Translations under genes and position numbers: made by a program | The notes under the pieces: generated by a model | Told to the model about the DNA's origin: nothing | Seen by the model: the letters and a program-made list of their open reading frames with translations, nothing else | The model's database searches: none | NCBI GenBank assembly: GCA_023819145.1 | Contig: JAMWCW010000001.1 | Coordinates: 66,400-130,399, forward strand | Reading direction: 5' to 3' | Source: Candidatus Omnitrophota bacterium | GTDB taxonomy: Bacteria > Omnitrophota > Gorgyraeia > DTHP01 | Length of the DNA: 64,000 bases | Shown: in pieces, positions 35,412 to 44,882 of the stretch | Layout: every line of letters starts with the position of its first letter | How positions within the stretch are numbered: position 1 is the stretch's first letter

Positions 35412-35484
35412 TATTTTTGGTTAAATAGTTAAATTGGTTAGATGGGTAAATAGTTAAAAGGTTAAATAGTCAATTAGTTGATTT
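35402..35484. repeat. Two tandem ~41-bp units carrying four (G)GGTAAATAG motifs
   Basis: gggtaaatagtatttttggttaaatagttaaattggttagat / gggtaaatagttaaaaggttaaatagtcaattagttgattta. Confidence 0.5.
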
Positions 35485-35495
35485 AATTTGCGAAG

Positions 35496-38400
35496 ATGAG
35501 ATTACCTGAGTTTTCAGTAAGAAAGCCGGTTACGGTAACCATGATTTTTCTGGGAGTGGCGCTTTTAGGATACATTTCCTGGACAAGACTTCCCCAAGCA
35601 CTTTTTCCTGCCATTACTTATCCCCAGATTACAGTAGTTACCGTTTACGAAAACGCTGCTCCCGAAGAGGTAGAGATTCTTATCACCAAAGTTATTGAAG
35701 AGGTGGTAGGTACTGTACCTAATCTTAAACGCATTTCTTCTATCTCCAAAGAGGGTCTTTCCACAATTATTCTAGAATTTAACTGGGGAACCAATATGGA
35801 TTTGGCTTCTTTGGCAGTGCGGGAGAAAATTGATTTAATTAAAGAAAGACTTCCCTTAGGCGCGCAAGACCCGATTGTAATGAAATATAATCCTTTTGAA
35901 CTTCCGGTAGTGATTCTTTCGGTTACCGGACCAATCAGCCCTCTGGAATTACGCGAGGTCTGCCGTAAGGTAATCAAAGATGAAATAGAAAAAATTGAGG
36001 GTGTTGCCTCCGCAAACATTACCGGAGGATGGGAAAGGGAAATCATCGTGGAAGTTGACCAAGGAAGACTTTCCGCAAACGGAATTCCTATTTTGCGCAT
36101 TGTTAATGCCTTGAAGGAAACAAATTTTTCTTTTCCTGCAGGGACAATAAAGGAGACATTTTTTGAGTATCTGATTCGCACCATGGGAGAATTCGAAAGG
36201 GTTAATGAAGTAAAGAGTGTGGTAATCGAAGCAATGGAACCCAACCCACCAAAGACTCGTTACGAAATGTTCTTGCAGGAAAGAGAGAAGAAAGAAAAAG
36301 ATAGACGCCTGATTTCTCTTTCCGATTTAGCCACGGTAAGAGATGCTTGGAAGGAACAAACCTCCATCTCCCGCTACAACGGCAAAGACAATGTGACGGT
36401 TTCGGTAATGAAACAGGCGGATGCCAATGTTGTGCTTACCGCACGTAAGGTAAGAGAGGTTTTGGAGAAGATTAAAGATAGAATTCCTAAACAATTGAAT
36501 GTAGAAGTTATCTATGACCAGTCGGAATTTATCCGCGCTTCCATCCAGGATTTAAAGACAAATGCCTGGCAGGGAGGCGTGCTTGCCTTTTTAGTACTTT
36601 TGTTATTCTTGCGCGAGTTCCGTAGTTCTTTGATTATCAGTCTCTCCATACCTGTTTCCATTATGGCTGCGCTGTGCATGATGTATTTTCAGGGCATAAG
36701 TATCAATATGATGTCCCTAGGAGGATTGGCTTTAGGAGTGGGAATGATTGTAGATAATTCCATCGTTGTTTTGGAAAACATTTATCGTTATCGCAAACAG
36801 TATGGCAAAGGATTTAGGGAAGCAGTTATTTTGGGAGCAACCGAGATGGGCTCGGCAATTACCGGTTCGACATTGACTACCGTTGTCGTTTTTGTTCCCC
36901 TAATCTATGTGGTGGGAATTGCCGGGCAACTTTTCCGAGAAATGGCTTTGACCATTACCTACTCTTTGCTTATTTCTTTGGTTGTTGCTTTGACGCTTGT
37001 TCCTCGTCTGGCAGCAATAGGTAGCGAAAAAAAAGAGATAGAGATTAGTAAAGAGGTAAGGAAAAAAGAGCCAAAATTCTTCTTAAAGATCGGTAATGCC
37101 TATGCAAGACTAATTGCTATTTTTTTAAAATTTCGTTTTATAGGTCTTTTTCTCATTGGACTTGTTTTTATTTTGAGTATTGGGATGCTTGCTAAATCGG
37201 ACCGAGAATTGTTGCCCAAAATTGATGAGAGGCAGTTTGTTCTGAAATTAGAGATGCAGACCGGAACAAAATTAGAAGTAACCGACCGAATATGCCGAGA
37301 GGTGGAGAAAGCACTTTTAAGTATTCCCGATATAGAAGGCGTAAGTTTGGCTATCGGTTCTACACGTGAGGAAAGAACCGGTGAAGTGGTGGAGACGATG
37401 GGTTCGCACCAAGCACGCTTTGTTGTGAATTTAAAGAAAGTGAATCGCCGGGACCCTGGTTATCGCTCGACGCAAGAGATAATTAATGTTTTCCAGGAGG
37501 AATTGGCGCATGCAAATTTGGAAGGAGCGCGTCTGGAGTATATTTTGCAAGAAAGTGTGTTCAAGATGGCTTTTCAGGCAGGTAAACCCATAAGTTTAGA
37601 AATAAAAGGGCATGATTTAAAAACTCTGGAAGCAATTTCCAAAGATATGGAGAAAATGTTGCAAGGAATTTCTGGGGTTTATGGAGTTACTTCCTCACTC
37701 GCTCCTCCCCATCCTGAAACAAAAGTCAATGTTTTAAAAGATAAGGCAGCTTACTATAATCTCTCGGTAAACGATATCGCTATGTCTGCCCAAGTGGCTA
37801 TCAAAGGACATGTCGCCACCAAGTTTAAAGAAATGGGGCAGGAATATGATATAAGAGTGCGATTGAGGGAAGAGGACAGGAATGAGATGAATAAACTAAG
37901 GCAGATATTGATTCATTCTAATGCGCTTGATGTGGATATTCCGCTTTCTGATGTTGCCTATATTGTTTCCGGAACCGGTCCAAGTCAGATTGAAAGATTA
38001 GACCAGCAGAGAGTAATCGTCCTTTCTGCTAATATTTATAAACGTGGATTTGATAAAGTGGCGAAGGACATTGAATCTGCTTTATCCCGCTACAGGATAC
38101 CCGAGGGATTTACTATAAAGTTGGGAGGCGAGCGTAAGGATATGGAAGAATCTTTTAAATCATTGCGTTTTGCCCTTATCCTTTCACTTATTCTCAACTA
38201 TATGGTTATGGCTTCGGAATTCGAATCTTTATGGCAACCGTTTATTATTATGTTCAATCTTCCTCTATCAATAATCGGTGTTGCCTTGGCAATATTTTTC
38301 ACCCGTACCACTTTAAATTCGGTGGTGATTTTAGGAACGATTATGTTGGGAGGAATTGTGGTTAATAATGGAATTGTTTTAATCGAGACGATAAACAGCC

Positions 38401-39026
38401 TCCGTAAGGAAGGGATGGTTGTAGAGAAGGCTTTAATCCAGGCAGGATTACAGAGGGTGCGTCCGATTATGATGACCTCGTTGACTACAATATTGGGACT
38501 ACTTCCGCTTGCTTTGGGTTTAGGAGAGGGAGCTGAATTGCGTGCGCCGATGGCAATTACGGTTATTGGAGGGCTATTATCCGGAACATTCTTGACCCTT
38601 TTGGTGATTCCAGCTCTCTATTTAATCGTGTTTAGATTCTTTGCCCTCTTTAGAAAGAAGGAGGTTTTAGTAGAGATTGAGCCGCCGGAAATAATTCACG
38701 AAGGCGTAAAGCCCATTCCTGTAGAAATAACCCCGGAGGTAAAAATACTACCTGAGAAAGAAACAGTTCCTCAAATTTCCGGCATTCCTTTTGCCGAAGA
38801 GAAACTTCCTTTAGTGGAAGAGGAGAAACTCGGCGGATTGAACGAACGTCAGAAAAAGTTTTTAGCAGAGTTAAAGACAAAAATTCGTCTTACACGCAAA
38901 GATTATATTAAATTATTTAATGTTTCTATGCCCACTGCTGCACGGGATATTAAGATTTTGGTAGAAAAAGGTTTTATCCGTGCTAAAGGTCCTGCAGGAC
39001 CGGGGAGATGGTATGAACTGACATAA
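35496..39026 (+). CDS. RND efflux permease (HAE1/AcrB family) with C-terminal winged-HTH extension
   Basis: 12-TM RND architecture with two large periplasmic loops and conserved GxS/TxMxxGG-type segments. The ~60-aa C-terminal tail LNERQKKFLAELK...ITRKDYIKLFNVSMPTAARDIKILVEKGFIRAKGPAGPGRWYEL is wHTH-like. Confidence 0.8.
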   Translation: MRLPEFSVRKPVTVTMIFLGVALLGYISWTRLPQALFPAITYPQITVVTVYENAAPEEVEILITKVIEEVVGTVPNLKRISSISKEGLSTIILEFNWGTNMDLASLAVREKIDLIKERLPLGAQDPIVMKYNPFELPVVILSVTGPISPLELREVCRKVIKDEIEKIEGVASANITGGWEREIIVEVDQGRLSANGIPILRIVNALKETNFSFPAGTIKETFFEYLIRTMGEFERVNEVKSVVIEAMEPNPPKTRYEMFLQEREKKEKDRRLISLSDLATVRDAWKEQTSISRYNGKDNVTVSVMKQADANVVLTARKVREVLEKIKDRIPKQLNVEVIYDQSEFIRASIQDLKTNAWQGGVLAFLVLLLFLREFRSSLIISLSIPVSIMAALCMMYFQGISINMMSLGGLALGVGMIVDNSIVVLENIYRYRKQYGKGFREAVILGATEMGSAITGSTLTTVVVFVPLIYVVGIAGQLFREMALTITYSLLISLVVALTLVPRLAAIGSEKKEIEISKEVRKKEPKFFLKIGNAYARLIAIFLKFRFIGLFLIGLVFILSIGMLAKSDRELLPKIDERQFVLKLEMQTGTKLEVTDRICREVEKALLSIPDIEGVSLAIGSTREERTGEVVETMGSHQARFVVNLKKVNRRDPGYRSTQEIINVFQEELAHANLEGARLEYILQESVFKMAFQAGKPISLEIKGHDLKTLEAISKDMEKMLQGISGVYGVTSSLAPPHPETKVNVLKDKAAYYNLSVNDIAMSAQVAIKGHVATKFKEMGQEYDIRVRLREEDRNEMNKLRQILIHSNALDVDIPLSDVAYIVSGTGPSQIERLDQQRVIVLSANIYKRGFDKVAKDIESALSRYRIPEGFTIKLGGERKDMEESFKSLRFALILSLILNYMVMASEFESLWQPFIIMFNLPLSIIGVALAIFFTRTTLNSVVILGTIMLGGIVVNNGIVLIETINSLRKEGMVVEKALIQAGLQRVRPIMMTSLTTILGLLPLALGLGEGAELRAPMAITVIGGLLSGTFLTLLVIPALYLIVFRFFALFRKKEVLVEIEPPEIIHEGVKPIPVEITPEVKILPEKETVPQISGIPFAEEKLPLVEEEKLGGLNERQKKFLAELKTKIRLTRKDYIKLFNVSMPTAARDIKILVEKGFIRAKGPAGPGRWYELT

Positions 39027-39196
39027 ATTCGAAGCACGAAATCCGAAGCTTGAAACAGGAAATTTAAAACTAGAAACTCTCGTTCCTTTGGGGCGATGTA
39101 ATTTGTAAATCGTAAACCGTAATTCAGGAAAACGAACCCGAAGAACAGAACTGACTGAACGAGCTAACGAACCAAAGGGAGTTAACATTAAGTAAA

Positions 39197-42100
39197 ATGA
39201 ATCTGCCAAAATTATCCATTCATCGGCCAGTTACTTTTACCATGGTTTTCTGGGGAATAATTCTTGTAGGCATAGTTTCCCTACAGCGTTTGCCTGTAGA
39301 GATGATGCCCAATGTAGCTTTTGAAGATATCTCCATAATTATTCAGATTCGAGGAGGAATTCCTCCTTCTGATGTAGAGATGCTGGTTACTAAGCCAGTG
39401 GAAGAGGCGGTTGGTGGTGTGAGTCACTTAAGGGAAATTATTTCTATCTCTGAGGAGGGAGAGTCGCGGGTGGTTTTAAGGTTTGAGCCCGGAACCAATA
39501 TGGATTTTGCCGCATTAGAGGTGAGAGAAAAATTTTCACGTATTGTTGATAAACTTCCCCGAGAAATTGAAAAGCCAGTGATTGCAAAATATCAAAAGAC
39601 TGATGTTCCAATAGTTATTCTTGCCGTTACCGGAATAGGTTATACTCCGGAAATTTTAAGACGCTTGGTAGATGAGAAGATAAAAGAGCGTTTTCAGCGT
39701 TTGGAAGGGGTGGCTAATGTGGAAGTAGTGGGAGGGAGAGAAAGGAAAATTCTCATTGAGGCAAGACAAGATGACTTACAGAGATACGGGATTCCCTTAG
39801 GCCGTGTGCTTAATATTTTAAATTTGAACAATCTTAATCTTCTGGCGGGAGAGATAAAGAGGGAAAGAGATAAATTTCTTATTCGCACGATGGGACAATA
39901 TGAAAATATTTCTGATATTGAGAATTTGGGAGTGGGGGTTTCTCATCAGGGTTCAGTAATCAGACTTAGAGATGTTGCTTTTGTGAAGGACTCTTTTCTT
40001 GAACCCATAGATTTGGCACGTGTGGATATCCAGCCGGTAGTTTCTTTGTATCTCCAGAAAGAATCAACTGCTAATACCGTTAAGGTAGTTGAATCGATAA
40101 AAAAAGAAATTGAAGAAACCCGCTTCATTATTCCTAAGGATATTGTAATGAAACTGACTTACAATCAAGCGGAGGCAATTCGTGATGCTATTTCTGCGGT
40201 AAAGAGTTCACTTTTCTGGGGAGGTATTTTGGCGATTATAGTACTTTTCTTTTTCTTGTGGGATTTGAAATCAACTTTAATTATTGGTATTTCTATTCCG
40301 GTTTCTGTCATCGCTACTTTTGCTTTTATGTTTTTTGCTAAACTTACTTTGAATGTTATGACTTTGAGTGGGCTTGCTTTAGGCATAGGGATGTTGGTGG
40401 ATAATTCTGTCGTGGTTTTGGATAATATTTTTAAAAAAAGAGAAGTCGGCCTTTCGCAGAAAAAGGCTGCAGAAGAGGGCAGTTCTGAAGTAACTTTGGC
40501 GATAACTGCTTCTACCCTTACCACGATCGTAGTTTTTTTGCCGATTGTTTTTGTAAATAAAGAGATTAGACTTCTGTATGTAGGGCTTTCCTTAACGGTG
40601 GTTTTTTCCCTGCTTGCCTCGTTGTTTGTGGCAATATCTTTTATACCGCTTTTGGGTTCGCGTTTAGTGATGCGTTCATACGGAAGGAAGATAGAAAATG
40701 TTCCCCGTGCGAGGAGATATTTTATAAAAATAAAGAAATTTTATCGAAACGCTTTAGCTAAAGCTCTCCATTTTCGTTATGCAATAGTGCTCGTTGCCTT
40801 CCTGCTTTTTATTTTTGCTCTCAAGATGGGGAAAAATTTAAAAACCGAGTTTATCGGAGTAACAGAACAAAATGAATTCACCATCCATGTGCAATTACCG
40901 GTGGGAGCGAAATTGGATGTTTCGGATAAGTGCGTAGAGCAGATAGAAAGGGTAGCCAAGGAGCTTCCTGAAGTCAGAACAATTTCTTCGCGCATTGAGC
41001 GCTGGTCTTCAAAAATATATGTAAGACTCTATCCTTTAGCCCAACGTGCAAGGTCTACCCAGGAGATTATTAATGAACTCCGTCCCAGAACTGAGGAGAT
41101 TGAACGTTACTATGATGCCTTCATCTATTTTGAAGAACCTCAGGAAGTAGGGACACGGGAAGTTTTTTTAGATGTGTTTGGTTATGATTATGAAGTATTG
41201 AAGAATCTTGCCATTGCTATGGCAAGTAAACTCCAGACAGTAAAAGGAATGACCGATGTCAAGATAAGAATGCGCGAAGGACGGCCAGAACTGCGATTAT
41301 TTATTGATAAAGAAAAAGCAGCTTCATTTGGGTTAAATATCGAAGATATTTCTACCACCATTCATGGACAGATGCGTGGTTTGCGTGCTACCTATTACCA
41401 TACGGAAGCAAAAGAGGTGGAAATAGTAGTGCGTCTTCATGAAGACGACCGTCGGCGGTTTAAAGATTTACATCGTCTTATTCTTACCTCTCGCGATGGA
41501 AATAGTGTTTATCTTAACCAGATTGCGAATTTTCGTTTTGATATCGGTCCGAGTGAAATCTGGCGCAAGAATAAACAGAGGATGGTTCAGGTGAGTGGAA
41601 GCAGAGGTTCTATGTCTTTGAAAGAAGCGGGTGAGAAAATTAAAGAGGCCTTAAAGAGCGTGGAATTTCCCAAAGACTATTTTTATCGCTTTGGTGGTGA
41701 TTATGAGAAAATGTTGAAAAATCAGAAAGAATTTACTTTTGCTATATTTTTAACTTTATTTTTGGTATACTTAGTAATGGCTTGTTTATTTGAGTCATAT
41801 GCTCAACCGTTAATTATTATGATGACAGTTCCTTTGGCAGCGATTGGTGTGGTTTCTATAATGCGAATTACGGATACTTCTATAAATATTGGCGCGCTGA
41901 TTGGATTTATGATGTTAGGGGGAATTGTGGTGAACAACGCCATAGTTTTAATTGATTTTATTAATTTAAAATTGCAAAATAAGAAGCATAAAAGGTATAA
42001 TTTACTCAAAGCTTTGATTTTTGCGGGAGAGGATAGGTTGCGTCCGATACTTATGACTACCATTACTACTTTATTGGGACTTACGCCGATGGCCCTTGAC

Positions 42101-42295
42101 CGTTCGGAGTCCGCAAGTCTCTGGTCTCCTCTAGCGATTACCGTTATGGGAGGTTTGACAAGTTCTACTTTTTTGACCCTTTTTATTATTCCCAGCTTAT
42201 TCTTGATTTTTGAAGACATAAAGAAATTTATATTGGCAGTTGTAATTGAAAGAAAGCCTTTGCTGAGTCTGAAACTTCTGCGAAGGACTACATAA
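39197..42295 (+). CDS. RND efflux permease (HAE1/AcrB family), second paralog
   Basis: Same architecture as the previous gene, no C-terminal HTH tail. Confidence 0.8.
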   Translation: MNLPKLSIHRPVTFTMVFWGIILVGIVSLQRLPVEMMPNVAFEDISIIIQIRGGIPPSDVEMLVTKPVEEAVGGVSHLREIISISEEGESRVVLRFEPGTNMDFAALEVREKFSRIVDKLPREIEKPVIAKYQKTDVPIVILAVTGIGYTPEILRRLVDEKIKERFQRLEGVANVEVVGGRERKILIEARQDDLQRYGIPLGRVLNILNLNNLNLLAGEIKRERDKFLIRTMGQYENISDIENLGVGVSHQGSVIRLRDVAFVKDSFLEPIDLARVDIQPVVSLYLQKESTANTVKVVESIKKEIEETRFIIPKDIVMKLTYNQAEAIRDAISAVKSSLFWGGILAIIVLFFFLWDLKSTLIIGISIPVSVIATFAFMFFAKLTLNVMTLSGLALGIGMLVDNSVVVLDNIFKKREVGLSQKKAAEEGSSEVTLAITASTLTTIVVFLPIVFVNKEIRLLYVGLSLTVVFSLLASLFVAISFIPLLGSRLVMRSYGRKIENVPRARRYFIKIKKFYRNALAKALHFRYAIVLVAFLLFIFALKMGKNLKTEFIGVTEQNEFTIHVQLPVGAKLDVSDKCVEQIERVAKELPEVRTISSRIERWSSKIYVRLYPLAQRARSTQEIINELRPRTEEIERYYDAFIYFEEPQEVGTREVFLDVFGYDYEVLKNLAIAMASKLQTVKGMTDVKIRMREGRPELRLFIDKEKAASFGLNIEDISTTIHGQMRGLRATYYHTEAKEVEIVVRLHEDDRRRFKDLHRLILTSRDGNSVYLNQIANFRFDIGPSEIWRKNKQRMVQVSGSRGSMSLKEAGEKIKEALKSVEFPKDYFYRFGGDYEKMLKNQKEFTFAIFLTLFLVYLVMACLFESYAQPLIIMMTVPLAAIGVVSIMRITDTSINIGALIGFMMLGGIVVNNAIVLIDFINLKLQNKKHKRYNLLKALIFAGEDRLRPILMTTITTLLGLTPMALDRSESASLWSPLAITVMGGLTSSTFLTLFIIPSLFLIFEDIKKFILAVVIERKPLLSLKLLRRTT

Positions 42296-42349
42296 TAAAT
42301 AACAATAGTTTAAATATATAACAATTTAGCAGTTTAACAATTTAAGACG

Positions 42350-43564
42350 ATGAGGCAAATTTTTCGCACACTCTTAACTGCGGTGTTTGTGCTTTTACTT
42401 TTTGTAATGGCTATTGCCTTATTTTATCTTGCTTCGGAAAAAAGAAAAATTACCAATCAATATAATAAAGACCGTGAATTGTGGACCATTAGAAATAACG
42501 CCTTACGGGAGAGCCTTAAGAAGAGTGAGGAAGATATCTTGAATTTAAAGAAAGAGTTGGAAGGTTTAAATGTTGAGTTAAAAAAGGCTAACGATGAATT
42601 AAGTGCATTGAGGTTGAGTTATGAAAATTTGAACAAAGAAAATCTTTCGCTCAATCAGAAAATCAATGTTTATTCGAGAGAAAGGGAAGGGCTTCTGCAA
42701 AAAATTGCACGTCTAGAACAGGATTTACGCATGGTTCAAAACACAAAAGCCCCACAAGAGGAATCTTGGGCGACTCTTTTGAAAGAAAAGGTTGATTTAC
42801 AGATGCGCATAAATGAGGTAGAAGAAAAACTTAAAAATAACCGTTTATTGATTACCCAATTGGAGACAGAACGGAGGAAGTTGGGAGAGCGTTTAAGCGG
42901 GGTTCAACTGGATAAGATTGGCATAGAGAAGAATCTTGGAAGTGGTGGGACTACCAAATCAACTTCTCCCCGTGATATATTGAAGGCAAATTTAGAAAAA
43001 GAAAATATGGAGCAGAAGTTAGCAGACTTGGCAATAGAGAAGGATAATTTGGAAGAGCGGATTATTTCCTTAAAAGAAGAAGTAGATAAAGCCGATGCAG
43101 AGAGAGATGTCCTTAATACCCAGATAGAACGTATAAATCAATTATTGGAAGAGAAGTTAAGCCAGATAAATAAAGTAAGAGAAGAATTGGAAAGTGCGCT
43201 TAAGGAAGCAAAACGCATAGCTCTTGCAGGAACTTCTCCTGTAGAACTCCCTCCGGTGGTAGTAAAGAAAGGAATAGCAGAAGGGACTCAGAAATTACCT
43301 CCGCCACCACGCATTCCTCCTCCCAGAACCGAACAGGCGAATATAGTTTTAGTTAACGAAAAATACAATTTCGTGATTATAAATGTGGGTAAAAGCGAAG
43401 GGGTTGTAGAAGGTATGCTTTTTGACCTCTATGAAAATAAAGAGAACATTGGGCAGATAAAGATAAAAGAAGTCAGAGAAAGACTTTCTGCAGGTGAGAT
43501 TGTAGAATTGAAAAAAGGTAAGAGCATAAAATCTGAAACCACTCTGGCAATATACTCTCCTTGA
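42350..43564 (+). CDS. Membrane-anchored coiled-coil protein with C-terminal beta-rich domain
   Basis: N-terminal TM, ~250 aa of heptad-like coiled coil, Pro-rich linker, then NFVIINVGKSEGVVEGMLFDLY...GQIKIKEV...GEIVE domain shared with the TolC-like C-terminus. Confidence 0.4.
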   Translation: MRQIFRTLLTAVFVLLLFVMAIALFYLASEKRKITNQYNKDRELWTIRNNALRESLKKSEEDILNLKKELEGLNVELKKANDELSALRLSYENLNKENLSLNQKINVYSREREGLLQKIARLEQDLRMVQNTKAPQEESWATLLKEKVDLQMRINEVEEKLKNNRLLITQLETERRKLGERLSGVQLDKIGIEKNLGSGGTTKSTSPRDILKANLEKENMEQKLADLAIEKDNLEERIISLKEEVDKADAERDVLNTQIERINQLLEEKLSQINKVREELESALKEAKRIALAGTSPVELPPVVVKKGIAEGTQKLPPPPRIPPPRTEQANIVLVNEKYNFVIINVGKSEGVVEGMLFDLYENKENIGQIKIKEVRERLSAGEIVELKKGKSIKSETTLAIYSP

Positions 43565-43824
43565 TATTCTCTTCTGTAACCCGAAATAATGCAAAGAGTT
43601 ATATTTTCTTGCTATTATACGCGTTTTTAATCTAATAAAATTTTTGCAATCAATTTCTTCATCTACCGTTATAAATTTGGAGCACAATTACAATAATTAC
43701 TTGACAAATATAGAAATTTCAAGATAATCCCTTTTAAGGAAGGGATAATTTATTAGAATAAGCTGTTGTAAAGAATAGTAATACTGTTTCCACCAGATGT
43801 TTTCTTTTGGTTTAGTAAAGGGAG

Positions 43825-44865
43825 GTGATTATTTTGCAGAAGACATATGAGGTTTTATTGCCGGTAGTTATTTTCTTTTTTATCTTTATTCTTGGTTACA
43901 TCGTCAGGAAGTTAATCTTAAATAGATTGACCAAGTGGACAGAAAAGACCAGAACCAGCATCGATGATATTATCGTTTCTTCTATTAAAGGGCCGTTTAT
44001 TATCTGGTGCATTATGTTGGCAGTTTATTCAGCGTTCAAATTTTCTCATTTCTCAGACGAGGTAGTAACTTTTATCGGTAAGGCGCTTCTTTCTTTAGGG
44101 ATTTTATCAGTAACGCTGGTTATCGCAGGTATTGCGACGCGGATAATTAAGCAATATTCTTCAGAAAAAGAAGGAGGATTACCTCTTCCTTCACTTACAG
44201 AGAATATTGTGCGGATAGTAATCTTAGGGATAGGCATACTTGTAATATTGAACAATCTTGGGATATCGATTACCCCGCTTCTTACTGCTTTGGGTATTGG
44301 GGGGCTCGCAGTTGCTTTAGCGCTTCAGGACACACTTTCCAATCTCTTTGCGGGATTTTACATTTCTTTTACTCACCAGATTAGCGTTGGAGATTTTGTA
44401 AAATTGGAATCAGGTGATGAGGGTTATGTCTTAGATATTGGCTGGCGTGCCACAAGAATAAGAATGCTACCCAATAATGTAATTATTATTCCCAATAGTA
44501 AACTGGCGCAGTCTATAATTACCAATTATTATCTTCCGGATAAAGAAATGGCAGTGTTAGTTCCTGTAGGTGTGCATTATAGTAGCGACTTAGATAAGGT
44601 AGAAGAGATAACTATTGAAGTAGCCAAGGAGGTAATGCGTGAAGTAGAGGGAGGGGTTCCAGAGTTTGAACCTTTTATAAGGTATCATACTTTTAATGAT
44701 TTCAGTATAAATTTCAATGTAATCTTAAGAACAAAAGAGGTTGTAAATCAGCATTTAATTAGACATGAATTTATTAAAAGATTGCACAAACGATATAAAA
44801 AAGAGAAAATTGTAATTCCCTATCCCATAAGGGCAATAAATTACGAACAGGAAAAAACAGGGTAA
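43825..44865 (+). CDS. Small-conductance mechanosensitive channel (MscS family)
   Basis: LTALGIGGLAVALALQDTLSNLFAGFYISF is the MscS TM3 pore signature, plus the C-terminal beta domain. Start is ambiguous: GTG at 43825 or TTG at 43834 after GGAGG. Confidence 0.7.
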   Translation: MIILQKTYEVLLPVVIFFFIFILGYIVRKLILNRLTKWTEKTRTSIDDIIVSSIKGPFIIWCIMLAVYSAFKFSHFSDEVVTFIGKALLSLGILSVTLVIAGIATRIIKQYSSEKEGGLPLPSLTENIVRIVILGIGILVILNNLGISITPLLTALGIGGLAVALALQDTLSNLFAGFYISFTHQISVGDFVKLESGDEGYVLDIGWRATRIRMLPNNVIIIPNSKLAQSIITNYYLPDKEMAVLVPVGVHYSSDLDKVEEITIEVAKEVMREVEGGVPEFEPFIRYHTFNDFSINFNVILRTKEVVNQHLIRHEFIKRLHKRYKKEKIVIPYPIRAINYEQEKTG

Positions 44866-44882
44866 TAAGGAAAGAAAACATT

